In this document: positions 30,608-49,708 of the stretch, piece by piece
Position numbering within the stretch: position 1 is the first letter of the stretch
Layout of the letters: each line of letters starts with the position of its first letter
DNA from: Amoebidium appalachense
Taxonomy: Eukaryota > Protista > Ichthyosporea
Assembly: GCA_963693365.1 (NCBI GenBank)
Contig: CAVNZM010000003.1
Span: 10,322,101-10,386,100 of the forward strand
Direction: 5' to 3'
DNA length: 64,000 nt
Notes under the pieces: model-generated
Databases searched by the model: none
What the model was told of the DNA's origin: nothing
The model's input: the letters and a program-made list of their open reading frames with translations, nothing else
Position numbers and translations under genes: made by a program

Positions 30608-32394
30608 CACCCCTACACAATTATATCCACCCACCCCCCATTCACCCACTCATACCCCCCCCCCCCCCCCCCCCCCCCAAACCTCCTTCCTTCCCCCCCC
30701 TCCCTCCCCCCTCCCCCCCTCCCCCCTCCCACCCACCTCAAATCCGCCGACGCGCTTCCTTCGTTCGCGCTAATCTGCCCATCGCTCTTCTCTACCGCTC
30801 CGTCAGCGTATTTTGCAACCACACGCGCTGAATATTCAACATTTGACCAGTTTTTCTGCGGTCTAACACCGCAACTACCAATGCTATCCAATGAAACAGA
30901 ATACCCGGCCTCCGCGTGACAATCGATTGTTCTCAGACGAAGAAAAATGTTGCTGATTGGTCCACCCAGGTCGGACTGTTGAAGGAAAACATTACTGTTA
31001 GTGCATTTATAAGCTTTATCTTTAGAAAAATCATCACCAATAGCTAAATTAGTGCTTAACTTGACCTTTGTTATTCTCATCAATATTTTTTATGTCAGTG
31101 GTCATATTGTAGGGTTGAAGGGGGGAGGGGGGGGGGGGGGGGGGGCAAGAGGACGGCCAGGCAGGCGGGAAGAGCTCCGGGTGGTTGCGGGTTGGGGCGA
31201 GGGGCTGGGACGGGAATTTATAAAGGGATAAAGTGCACAATTTTTAAATAGATCACCTACAAAGGAGGTAACACACCAAAAAGATTCCATCACAGATTGG
31301 CATGCAAACACGAACACAGAGCATGGGGAGGTGGTGGGTGAGTGTGGTTGTGACGGTGCCGATGATGAAGGGTGTGTGTGTGTGCGTGTGTGTGCATGTG
31401 TGCGTGTGAGTACCGAATGCCGATCCTCTCCCCCCCCCCCCTCCCCCCTCCCCCCCCCCCCCCCCCCCCCACACACACACCACCACCACACCACCACCAC
31501 CATCACCACCACCACCACCTCAAACATAAGGAGATCTTGGTAACATTGGTGTGTATGTGTGTGCTGGGCAAGAGATCTGTATAGATAAAAAACGTGATAA
31601 CAGGGTGTTTTACTAATTGTTCTCTAGGCATGCTCATTTTCAATTTTCGAGTTTGTGACCGACTCATGTGATGCTATCTATAGGTCTGCCGTATCACCAA
31701 TCCCGATGAGAAGAAAAACTTCTTCACTTTCCCCAAGCCCGAAGGCTTTGAGGTAAAATTTGACCCCCCCCCCTCCCCCCCCCTTCCCCCTTAATCTTCA
31801 GCTCCCCCCCTCCGCCCCCACCCCTTCACCTCCCCCTCCCCTCCCCTCCCCTCCCCTTACCCCTGCACACATAGGACTACAAGCGGGGATGTGGCTGGGT
31901 GGTTTGTTGTGTGTGTGGTGTGTGTGGGTGTGTTTAGGGGGGGAGGGGGAGGAGGGAGGGGAGAGGGGAGAGGGGAGAAGGGGGAGGGGGGGGGGGGAGG
32001 GGGTTGACATTGATACCATAAGGTGATCGTAATGTTTATCGGACTTCGTGCTTTGAAATGCCTTTTCTACTAAAAAGTGATAAAGAATAATCAATATAGC
32101 ATTGTTAAACTGACAGCAATGGGAGTTTTGTGCAAAAGGTTGTGCAAGGAAAGGGAAATGAAGAGATCGGATTTTTTCTTTCCCCCCCCCCCCCCCCCCC
32201 CCCCCTCCCCGGTGTTCTAAGGAGCACCCGTTCGGGGCCACACATGCATACACGTACCGATCCCGGAGTCACCACATGCACACACTAACGTCCACGTGCA
32301 CACACACTCAACACACTTCTGTACACGCAGTGCACACACACAAACACGCACACGTACACACGTACACACACACACACGAACACATACACACGCG

Positions 32395-32427
<33 letters not shown>

Positions 32428-34385
32428 GTACACACGTACACACACACGTACACAAACTAGTGCGTCAATGTGTGCGTGTGTGTGCGCGCGCGCGCATGTG
32501 TGTGTGTGTGTGTGTGTATGTTTGTGTGTGTGTGTGTGTTGGGGGGAGACACGTGTGGGATGGGGAAAAAGGGGGTGGAATAAGAATGCAATTTGGAAAG
32601 GCAGGTCCCCTAAGTGAAAGTGGGTTGGCCAGGGAGAGGGGACTGAGGAGACGGGTGTGGATGGGTATTTTATGTGCACGGTGGGGGGGGGGGGGGGGGG
32701 GGGGGAGGAAGGGGGGGTGGGGGGGGGGGGGGGGGGGAGGGGGAGGGGGGGGGATTGTGTTTTTGGATACAAAGGGATAATGGGAAAGCAGACAGCGCAT
32801 AGAGGTAATGGGTGTGTGGATGTGTGTGTCTGCGGTTGTGGGGGGGGGGGGGGGAGGGGGGGGTGGAGGGGGGGAGGGGGAGGGGGGAGGGGGGGGAGGG
32901 CTGCTGAGTGAAATTGAGATGCGTGGGAAGGAGTAAAGGGGTGTGAGGAAGGTGGGGATGGGTGGAGTGAGAGGACGGAGAGGAAAAGTTGAAAGGAGAA
33001 GGCGAGGATAGCATAGAGGTACGTCAAACCGCTTTGATTTTTGCACCAAAAAAGGGGAAACCCCAGCGACAATCTGAGCTGGCACGAACGTGCCCCGGGT
33101 GCCCTACGCAGACATACGCCTAAGACACATGTTTACATGCACACAAACGCACACCCACACATCCCTTAACAAAGAACCTCTCCAATGCTCCACTCACACA
33201 CCCCCTCCCCCTCCCCCCTCCTCCCTCTCCTCCCCCTCTCCCCCCCCCCCCCCCCCCCCCCCCCCCCTTACTCTCGAACACACAACACACCCAGATGCAC
33301 AAACATGTGCGCATGGGAGACACACAAACACGCGCAGAAGAAAGTGGCAAGGGTGTGCATTTGTAAAGAGAATCTATGTCTCTCTCTCTGTGTGTGTGCT
33401 CTTATGGGTGTGAGGTAATGTGTGTTTGTGTTTGCTGATACTGGGGTCAATAGTCGCACGTGCGCATGTTTGTCTACATGCTCGTGCACGCGTGCTCGTT
33501 TGAAATGTTAAACTGGGAGTGTCTGCAGGGACAGCTGCGAAGCACAGAAAGGACAAAGTTGAGCAGAGTATGCAGGATAATAACAGCTGGGGCAGGGGGG
33601 GCAGGGGGGGGGGGGGGGGGGGAGGCGCAGATGCGGGGAAATGCTGGTGGTGGTGGTGGTGGAGGGGGGGGGGGAAGAGGGGCTGTATGTATGAAGAAGC
33701 ATGGGGGCAGCGGGAGAGGGAAGACGGAAAAGGGGTTGACAGGGGGAAGGAGAGGCGGGGAGGGGAGGGGGTGGGGAGGGGAGGGAAGGGCAGCTCGAAG
33801 AACAAGACAAAGCCTTAAAACCACTACGTCGATTGCGCACACTTGCTTGGTAAGCGAATGGTTTACCTTGGGTGAGCAGGAACCGAGATTCATGTCCGTG
33901 AGCCTACGACCGGACTGCCATTCGCCCAAGTCAGCCTGCAGCTCCAACATTTCGCTATTCATTTCAGGCGCCGCCACCCATACGCCAAACGTCGAATTTT
34001 GGGTGGAGTTTCCATTGCTAGCCTGCGACTCCGCAACCAAAGTGCAGAATGTAGTTGACATGAAATACTGCAATGCAATGTCTTGAAAAATCACGTTCCA
34101 TGTGTTCGCCTCTATTGCATATGGAACGTTGTGTGCGTCTTGTATCTGTATGATAGAGACGTCTGTTCCGTTCCCTTTGTTCCCACGGATAGTGATTCCT
34201 GGTTTGGTTATTCTCAGGGGTGCACTTTTGATGCCGTAATTTCCGGCTTGTAGGATTAGGATGTCGCCATCTTGGGCTGTGTTCATGGCGTCCTCCAATG
34301 TTCCAGCACCTGGTGAGACTGAAATTTCTGCTGCGTGCACGCTTCCCAGCAGTGCGGACACTGCCAGAATGAAATGGGCAGCCAT
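26930..34385 (-). CDS. Multi-exon type I membrane protein: signal peptide, pectin-lyase-like N-terminus, ZP-like juxtamembrane region, furin site, TM helix, cytoplasmic tail
   Basis: Exons are 34385-33867, 33103-33023, ~31083-30737 (5' edge unresolved), 29800-29578, 28556-27715 and 27455-26930, with consistent phases from exon 3 onward. Key segments: [18 protein letters not shown] signal, [28 protein letters not shown], and [29 protein letters not shown] followed by RRRHRRR. Confidence 0.7.
31410..32469 (+). repeat. Inverted ~1.06-kb duplicate of 44964-46088 carrying the last two GST exons, inside an intron of the membrane-protein gene
   Basis: Both copies contain tag|[10 protein letters not shown](K/R)[12 protein letters not shown]|gta and aag|[16 protein letters not shown], with introns and 3' flank collinear. 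Confidence 0.85.
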
Positions 34386-34837
34386 TTGAAGTGATAATTT
34401 TGCTGTTGCCTCACTACTGTACCGCTTTAGCAATAGCAGGCGAGAGAAGGAAGTTGACAAAAGTAAAGGTAAGGGTCTATAAGTAACAAAAGATCGTCGC
34501 CTATGCAGCTAGAACATTAGATGCTTGAGCAATTATAGTTTGTGGTCCAAAAAAAAAAAAAAACGAGTTGTAAAAGAAAGTTTTCACACTGTGCCAGCTA
34601 ATCTGGGTTGACGAGGTAGACGTACTCCTATGTACCGCTAAGCAGTGTTCACATGCAAATAAAAACCTTGGTGAAGAAAGATCACTGTATAAAAGGACAA
34701 TAATTCTTATAGTCATTACAGCATTCTCCAGCGACTCTATACTCGAGCATTCAGTACTGTATCCCGTTTCAAGTGGCAAGCCTGTCGTGTCTTTCGCACA
34801 ACTTGAACGTAAAACGAAGAAGAGCAATGGGTCATGA

Positions 34838-34920
34838 AATGATTGGCTAGCGCTCGACCAATCAGATAGATTCCGGTAAAGTGAACCAATCAGCAGCTGG
34901 TATTTTATTGTACTACGTCA
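34838..34920. promoter_or_regulatory. Cluster of three CCAAT boxes and a CRE-like site upstream of the membrane-protein gene
   Basis: GATTGG (34841), CCAATCAG (twice) and TACGTCA lie ~450-530 bp upstream of the ATG at 34385. Confidence 0.4.
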
Positions 34921-37365
34921 CAGCAGCTCAGCTCAGTGCCAGGCCCAGTGTGCATGCAAATGTTCCCTTCGTTTTCTGTCGACCAAGTTGGCTGTTTTGG
35001 CTGCAGCGTCTTTTTTCTTTTTTCTTCACGCTTTTCGCCAGTCTTTCTCTCCCATTACACAACAGCTTCTTGCCCCTGGTCACACGTGCGCCTGGGTAGC
35101 ACGCCATGCACAAGTGTGACCACTCGTTTTCACGGCTACAGCACGAACAATCACCACCTTCGAGATGGTTTTTTGCCTTTTTTTGCGCAAATAGTTCTTT
35201 CACTGAACCACAACTTGCAAAGCCCCTAGGACATTGATGGCTCACACCTCGACAGTTTCATACACTGTTTCTCATTACCAAAATGGCAGCGCTCCGGGCA
35301 GCCATTTGCAAGGTGACTTCCTAAGTTACAGTATAATTTCATCCGTTTTGTCAAAGCGGTGCATGAACGTGAGGGGGTTTGCCTTTCCAAGAGGTCGAAT
35401 CTTAGAGTGGGTTTAGCAGCACTTTGTCATGTGTTGCAACAATAGTGATCGTCTATACATACCCAATGAACTTTGTTTGTTGACTTCATAGCCTACTAGT
35501 GGCATCCACTGCAGGCTGTCTTTCAGACAAAATATCAACAAAGGCGGGGGACGGGATGGGTGTGTGTGTGTATGTGTGTGTGGTGGGGGGAGGGGGGGGG
35601 GGGGGGAGGGGGGGGGGGGGGTGGGGGGAAGGGGGGGGGGGGGGGGGGGGGGGCGGGAGGGGAAGCGGGGGGAGGGGGGAGGGGGGAGGGGGAGGGGGGA
35701 GACACATGTCAGCTTTATCTTTATTGTCATTCAATTAAAACTAGTTCCACACAGGAGCAGCCTCGTGTAACGAAGCTTTATCTTACGACGTGGCTTTGAA
35801 GGTCACCGTTCCCCGATTCGATGCTAAGCTATTTCAAGGCATTTGTCACCATTTCTGAAAGTGATGTTCTCATATTGCAATATCCGAACCACGTGCTATA
35901 CCCTTGTGGTTGCGTGTCCTTTTTCCGCCGGCGTGCACCTGTTTCGATGTTTTTAAGTGGACATGTTTGGGAACTTAAAAAGAGCCTGAAACGAGACCAC
36001 CAGAGCTATAATATTGTAGATTACCTGCACCAATAATTAGTGTTTACTGGTGTGCTAGCAGACCAACGAAGTTGTGGGTTCTGTGTGCTCCTGCAATTAC
36101 CCTCGTCCCTGTTGTGTGCATCATGTGAAATGCCTAATTGCGATGTTCACACACCGCTAGCTAGTTATACACGCAGCCAAGTGCATTTACTTCATCCTTG
36201 CATGTATACTACCAAACACCGTGTGACGCCCAAACTCTGCTGCGGATGTCAACGGCTACTACTATGTAGTGGATTAGCAAACCATTTTGCTACTATATGA
36301 TCCTCGAGCTGTGCAGTTCAGGGTTTGATATTATTGTTTTTGTGCACCTGGGTTGAGACCTGGGTGCCACATACGCACCCGGACTGTTCTGAAGTGGTGT
36401 ATGTTTCTATAAGCTGCCCTTGTTATGGCCACGAAATGAAAAAGTCGGTGGATCTAATATACAAAATCTAGGCACCATATTCGGGTGTACACTACCTTGT
36501 CCTTCACTAGGTACACTGTGTTGCATGAAGGCACGGCCCTCTGCGGGCCGTGCTGAAGGGCGACTGTTGCTAGCGTTACAACCCTACCCAATTCAGTCAC
36601 CTCGGCATTTTTATCCCGATTGGTCGCTTTGGCATCCATTGTTTTGCCTTTTGGTAAATATAATGCATGACAATAGAGTCTGGTGTTAAGGTTTAGCAAA
36701 GATATAAAACGTTAATTTTTGTAAACGGATGTTACTTCAATACAAACGTGCATTTAGACAGGAACCATAGTTTGACCAAGCGCCGCAGCTTGCTTCTATT
36801 TTTAGCCCCAGCAAAGCCCAGCTCTCATGACGTCAAGCCGCGCCCACACGAGCTCACATACTGTCAGCATTTTTCCATTTTTGGGTCGTGCGTGTGTGTT
36901 TGTGTGTGTGTGCGTCCGGGGTGTGTTGTACGCGCGTGTTCTCGAACACGCGCACAGGACAACAGCCTGACAGCAAACCAGTAGAAGCGCTTTGCATTGT
37001 TTGGGACACAGCAAGCACGGACACCTCTGGCTAAAAAGACAAAGAAACAGAAGAGCGCTTTCGAAACAAAGGCACGCAACGCAAACAACTGATAGCCTTT
37101 CGAAAACGCGCCTTGTTGCGGGCGAAAGCTTGCTTTTTTTTTTTTTGTTGGTAGCTTCCTTTTCGTTTGCACCCACACACCTTAGTCTCGTGTGGCTGGG
37201 GGCATAAATACGCCCTCAGCTCTCACATCCACACATCCAAATGCTTGTGTGCGAGTTTCTCTTTGGTCTCTTCTTCGTGTCGTAAACGACACCCACAAAC
37301 CACTATAGTGTTAAACGATATATGCGTTGTTCTTCTGTTTTCATTGTGGGAAAAGCAACGAGAAG

Positions 37366-42791
<5,426 letters not shown>

Positions 42792-43348
42792 AATTTCTCT
42801 GAAATTTCCTGAAAAGCCCCCCTCCCCCACAACCATTACCACCGGCCACGCACGTATTGACCTACAGATCCAGCGCGGGTTTTGTTAGTCATGTTGTCGA
42901 ACGTTGAAATTTCATGATATTTACGAATCCCCCCCCCCCCCCCCCCCCCCCTCCTGCGCCACTTAAAAATGCACCGTCAAAATTCCAACACACACACACA
43001 CACACACAGACACACACAGACACACACACACACACACACACCTCTTACTTTCTAGGTGTGGCCTGTATATTTTTGTGCAATTCGCCATTCCAATCAAGAC
43101 GCGATGTGTTATCCGGGCTTATGGTCGCTATTTCCTTAGCTGACTGCCGGGTTTGTTTATTCTACTTCGTTCAGTTTGTTTTTCCTCTGGTTTTTAAAAA
43201 AAAACTTTTTCTGATATTTTCCCCCTTTCCTTTTACCCGTTACTTTAAAACGCAAGTAGAATTGTTCGGTTGTGGCAGAGGTCCGTATTCAGATAGGTTA
43301 CAGTATTTCACGCACAAAAAGCGAAAAGGGGTAGAAAAGGACCAACAA

Positions 43349-43384
<36 letters not shown>

Positions 43385-43803
43385 GGGGGTGGGAAAGAAA
43401 AAGAAAGAAAGCAAAGAAGAAAAAAAAAAGAAAGAGGAGAAAAGAGAAGAAAAGAAAAAAAAGAGAGGGGAGAGAAAAAAAGGAGAATCAAAAAAGAAAG
43501 GGGAAAAGGGAAAAGGGGAATGGGAAAAAGAAAAAAAAGAAAAAAGGAACACGAGATTTTACCCAGCAACCCCTTCCGACCCCTTTCCAATGTTCAACTT
43601 CCGCTCTCGACTAGTAGCTATAGTTTCAGTTTGTACATGCTTTTCGCCTACTACGACTTTATTTTCCCTTTCCGATCAACCCTTTGCTCCATTGGATACC
43701 AACATGTAAACCCACCTGAACGACCAATAAACGAAAAACCTAATAAATTGTTACAGAAGTGCCCCAAAAAATGAAATGAGCACAAGCTCCTTCACCTCTC
43801 CCC

Positions 43804-43835
<32 letters not shown>

Positions 43836-43872
43836 TTTTTCCCTCCTGCACGCGCACACACGTACACACACG

Positions 43873-43922
<50 letters not shown>

Positions 43923-45004
43923 TAAAGACACGTGCACCTTCCCCAGCGGCCACGCGCACACGAAAGAAGTGCATAATATCGGTCTGGATTGGCCAATTGC
44001 AATATATATGCATTGCAAAAGAGTCCTGGAGAGTGCATGCCTTCATATCGATATCGGTCAACAATTTTGGATTTGTTCTTTGACTTTCTTTCCAAATTCT
44101 TTCTCTTCTTTTGTTTTTTGTTTTTGTTTTTGTCTTTGTTTTTCTTTCTTCTCTCCTGCTACCTTTTGAGCTAATTAGCTCTTATTTTTCAACGCCGACA
44201 ATTTCCTTGCGAAGAGACCCGCCAACCCATACCCCTGTAAAATAGAGTAGACTTGGTCATACGGCGGCTAAGTTCACAGTCGCTCGTGGCAGCTTTCTTT
44301 CTGTCTTTCTTTCTTTCTTTTTGGTTTTGGTGTTAGTGGTGGTGTGGGTGGATGGGTGGATGGGGACAGTTTTGTGAGTTAACAGGGCCGGGTGTGTTCC
44401 TCTCGGTGTCCCGTAATGATTCATCACTTCATGTATATACTGTTATCATGCCTGATGTTTTGTATGATATTATTCGCAATATGGTGATAGAACAGACGAT
44501 ATGATATCTGATGATTGAGATAATGCACATCAAAGATCACCGGTAGACCTGCCCGCAGAGGGCGCGATGGAGATACCATTATTACAAGGAGAACAAATAT
44601 TTAAGTCGTTACATGAATCTAATCAAAAAGTATTGTTTTATAAAAAATATTGAATAATGAACACTTTTGCGTACATTGCGTACGTAGTTAATACTACACC
44701 GCATACATATTAGACAGTGGCTGTCATATAGCTAAGCGTACGGTAGTAACCGTCTAATCCTAGAAATTTTTTTTCCATCAGTGACACTAAAGGTGTTATA
44801 ATCGTTTATATTTTAACTATATACGATAGTCACTACTAAAGTTTATAATAATCAACATGTATTGGTTTGTTCCTATGCCCGGTGGGAAATCGATAGTTGA
44901 GCTCCAGGAGATGACGTCACTCAGTGCAGTTTCCGGTCGGCCTGGCCCTTAACGTCATACGGGTTGACGCGCTGGTTTGTGTACGTGTGTGTGTACGTGT
45001 GTAC

Positions 45005-45038
<34 letters not shown>

Positions 45039-45984
45039 CGTGTGTGTGTGTACGTGTGTACGTGTGCGTATTTGTGTGTGTGCACTGCGTGTACAGAAGT
45101 GTGTTGAGTGTGTGTGCACGTGGACGTTAGGTGGTGACTCCGGGATCGGTACGTGTATGCATGTGTGGCCCCGAACGGGTGCTCCTTTGAACACCGGGGG
45201 GAGGGGGGGGGGGGGGGGGGAGGGGGGAGGGGGGGGGGAAGAAAAATCCGATCTCTTCATTTCCCTTTCCTTGCACAACCCTGTGCACAAAACTCCCATT
45301 GCTGTTAGTTTAACAATGCTGTATTGATTATTCTTTATCACTTTTTAGTAGAAAAGGCATTTCAAAGCACGAAGTCCGATAAACATTACGATCACCTTAT
45401 GGTATCAATGTCAACCCCCTCTCCCCCCCCCCCCCCCTCCCCCCCCTTCTCCCCTCTCCCCTCTCCCCTCCCTCCTCCCCCTTCCCCCCTAAACACACAC
45501 ACACACCACACACACAACAAACCACCCAGCCACAACCCCGCTTGTAGTCCTATGTGTGCAGGGGTAAGGGGAGGGGAGGGGAGGTGAAGGGGAGGGGGGC
45601 GGAGGGGGGGGGGGGGGGGGGGGAGCCGAAGCTCAAAGGGAGGGGAGGGGGGGGGGGGGGGGGGGGGGGGGGAGGGGTCAAATTTTACCTCGAAGCCTTC
45701 GGGCTTGGGGAAAGTGAAGAAGTTTCTCTTCTCATCGGGATTGGTGATACGGCAGACCTATAAATAGCATCACATGAGTCGGTCTCAAACTCGAACATTG
45801 AAAATGAGCATGCCTAGAGAACAATCAGTAAAACACCCTTTGATCACGTTTTTTATCTATACACATCTCTTCTCCAGCATACACATACACACCAATGTTA
45901 CCAAGATCTCCTTATGTTTGAGGTGGTGGTGGTGGTGGTGGTGGTGGTGGTGGTGGTGGTGGTGGTGGTGGTGGTGGTGGTGGT

Positions 45985-46067
<83 letters not shown>

Positions 46068-46145
46068 AGGATCGGCATGCTTCGGTACAGAGTACAATTC
46101 AAATTTATAACCAAAGATGAACTACACCACAGCGTACTAAGATGG

Positions 46146-46191
<46 letters not shown>

Positions 46192-46352
46192 CCTGCACGG
46201 GAAGGATACGTAGAGGTTTGGGAAAGGGTGGAGGGGTTGGGTGGGTGTGGTTGTGGGGGACTAAAGCGTGCGAAAAACGAGAGGAAAGACATGTACAAAA
46301 GGAGAGAGAGGAGAGATGTTTGTGTGTGTGTGTGTGTGTGTGTTGTTTTGGT

Positions 46353-46405
<53 letters not shown>

Positions 46406-46652
46406 GGAAGGGGGGAGGGAGATTTTTTTCAGAGGTTCGCGATGAAAAAGGAATGCAGAGAAGCAAACTACAAAAACGAGGGGGGAAAGGGAAGCCGGGG
46501 GGGGGGGGGGGGGGGGAGGGGGGCGGGAGGTAAGGGGACTGGGTTTCACTGACCTTGTAAGCCCTCTCAACAGCTGGTCGGGCATCGATCATCTTGATGT
46601 ATCGTTTGACGTTGGCAAAATCCCCTTCATCGTGAGGTAGCCCACGCTCAAA

Positions 46653-46771
<119 letters not shown>

Positions 46772-46827
46772 GAGAGAGAATGTGTGTGTCTGTGCGCGCG
46801 CGTGTGTGTGTTTGTGTGTGTTTGTGT

Positions 46828-46868
<41 letters not shown>

Positions 46869-47423
46869 TGCGTACCCGTGTAAATGCGTAAGCAACCGAG
46901 TAGTAATTGTGATTTCCAGGCAGGAAAGAAGATGAGGACGGCTTAGAGACACGTGCTGTGTGTGTGACCGCTTTCGTGTTGTGTATTTTACTAAGTGTGC
47001 GTATAGAGAAGGGGGGGGGGGGGGGGGGGGGGGGGGGGGAGGGTCTAGAAGGAGCTGAGAGTACGGAGTATTTGCACATTCATGACGGACAACACAATGT
47101 AGAGTGCAAAGCACAGTATAGATCGCAAAGCACACGTTTGGGGGCGGAGGGGGAGGGAGGGGGGGGGGGGGGGGGGGGGTTTCGTTTCGTGTATCACACT
47201 GGACATGGCTATTTTACCCCACAGAAACGAAATCACACATATACACATGAGGAGGACAGGGGAACGTATGATGAAACGGAGGGGAGAAAAGTGGGCGTGC
47301 ATGTATCGCTTTTCGTTTTGTTGTCGAGAGTGAGTTTGTGGATCCGAGTGTGCGACAGGGTGTGTATCTTTTGCCTTTGTATTTTCGTTTCTTTCCTTGC
47401 TAATTTTCCTTTTTCTTCTCTTT

Positions 47424-47484
<61 letters not shown>

Positions 47485-47492
47485 GGCTGTGC

Positions 47493-47631
<139 letters not shown>

Positions 47632-47678
47632 GGGGGGGATTATCGCTTTGGCCCAGGGGTACGTGGCCATGTCGGCAA

Positions 47679-48483
47679 GGTACAGGCCTCTTCCTTGACC
47701 GGCTACAATTCGGCCATCACCAGGCTCCACCTCGACATGGGCCTCCCTGCTCCCTACCCCCACGACAATCTGGCCTGGTTCCTACGTGGGGTGGGCAGAT
47801 GGCAGCTTTCTCACAACATCCGACCCCGCTCATCCACCAGAGAACCCCTCCTGCCCTCCCACCTCAGCCTACTCCATGGCCAGTGCCCCACCAAGGCCTC
47901 CTCGGCCAATCTCCGGCTATGGACGGCCCTCATCGTCGGTTTCTGTGGTCTCCTCCGTTCAGGGGAATTCACCTCCAAGACCCTGACTTCTTTCGACCCG
48001 TCCCGTCACGTTAAACGGAAGGACGTGACCTTCAGCTACACCCCCACCGGTACTTTGTCCCATGCCACCCTCCACCTGCCAACCTCTAAGACGGATGTAC
48101 AGGCCCGAGGGGTCAACGTCACTCTAGCTGCCCTGCCCCTCACCCACTTCTCCCCAGCCCATCTCCTCCGGCAGTTCCTGGATACAACGTCCGGTCAACC
48201 CGACGACCCCCTCTTCAGTCTCGGTGGCATCCCCTACACCAAGAGTGCTTTCTCTGCCGACTTCCGTGCCCTCCTCTCCCGGGCAGGCCTCTCACCCTCC
48301 CGGTTTGCCGGACACAGCCTCCGCATCGGGGGGGCCACAGCACTGGCTGAGGCCGGGGTCGACGACTCCCGGATCAAACAACTCGGCAGGTGGTCCTCCG
48401 ACTGTTTCCTGATCTATACCCGACTTCGTCCGGCCTCCATTGCTGCCACTACCACACGTGTATTCGCCTCTATTCTTAAGTGA
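47679..48483 (+). CDS. Tyrosine recombinase, N-terminally truncated, catalytic domain open
   Basis: Motifs [20 protein letters not shown] and [11 protein letters not shown] are present. Confidence 0.9.
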
Positions 48484-49157
48484 AGCCTTTGGAGCAAGCA
48501 TACTGCTCTCGTGCCGTGGTTTACAACCATTGCAGGTTCACTTTCGTCCAAGGGGATGTCCCCCTAGAGGCAACACACGTCTCGGAGTAGTTTTCATAGA
48601 GGTTTTATTTGTGGAAATTATTGACATAATTATTTTTCTGGGTAAACACGTAGGATGGGTGTCCGATATCAACAGGCTTCGTTTCATGTTTTAGCAGTTC
48701 GCGTTCGGCGGCCCGCATACGGGCACCTATTAGCCGATCAAAACATCAGATTCCACAGATCACTAGACCAAGTTTGATTGGCTCAGGATCAGATTTCACA
48801 TAACACTAGATCGATTTTGATTGGCTCAGTTCGGTAGCCTTAGGTATATAAGCACGACAGTTTTTAGCAGATCAGCAAGCAACAAACACATCTTCTGTGT
48901 TTAGCACCTACAGCTTTACAGCTATATTTTCTTTTCACCCACCCACCTACACCCTACACCCAACCCCCATTGATCCCCACATACGTGCTGTTTTTTCACG
49001 GGGCGAAGACTTCCCCCGTTTTTTGGGCACAAGGACCTCACGGATCAATAAAATGATGACTGGGGGCTTGCCGTGGTTTACAACCATTGCAGGTTCACTT
49101 TCGTCCAAGGGGATGTCCCCCTAGAGGCAACACACGTCCCGGAGTAGTTTTCATAGA
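47679..49157 (+). mobile_element. 5'-truncated Ngaro/DIRS-type tyrosine-recombinase retrotransposon with split direct repeats
   Basis: A YR ORF is followed by 89-bp direct repeats at 48512-48600 and 49069-49157 (one mismatch). They enclose a CCAAT/TATA-containing segment, matching the B1-A2-B2 layout. Confidence 0.85.
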
Positions 49158-49595
49158 TGGTGTACTCGCCTGTGATTATAGCACCATTAAACCAATAAGA
49201 TCCGAAATTATGAAAAATCCCGTAAAAAGAACCCGAAGGCACAAGTCTAGACCGGGTCATTGAAACAAGAAATACGAAAATCCTGTAAAAAGAACTAATG
49301 GACGGTCAAAAAGCCAAATCTGCGATAGCGATTACCCAACCACCGACCCAACCCACAAATGCATCAAGCTTAGACTATAAAAAAGCTTCTTCGTTGAATA
49401 AATGCACTAATCCCGCGCGTGTTTGCAAAATGTGTAGGTGAGATGAATCACTAATTTGTGTTGGGCTGCCCTATATCAAGACAATGTGACAGATCCAATG
49501 CCACCGTATCAGCTTTCAGACTTTGAGGGGTAAATGGAAAAAAAAGGAGGGGGGTGGGGGGGTGGGGAGGGGGTGATGGTGGTGGTGGTGGTGGT

Positions 49596-49631
<36 letters not shown>

Positions 49632-49677
49632 GGGGTTTTGGGGGGGGGGGGGAGGAGGGGGAGGGGGGGAGAGGGGG

Positions 49678-49708
<31 letters not shown>

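Noticed and set aside
32017-32070. [15 protein letters not shown] as an exon of the membrane-protein gene
   Set aside because: It is the antisense reading of the duplicated GST terminal exon.
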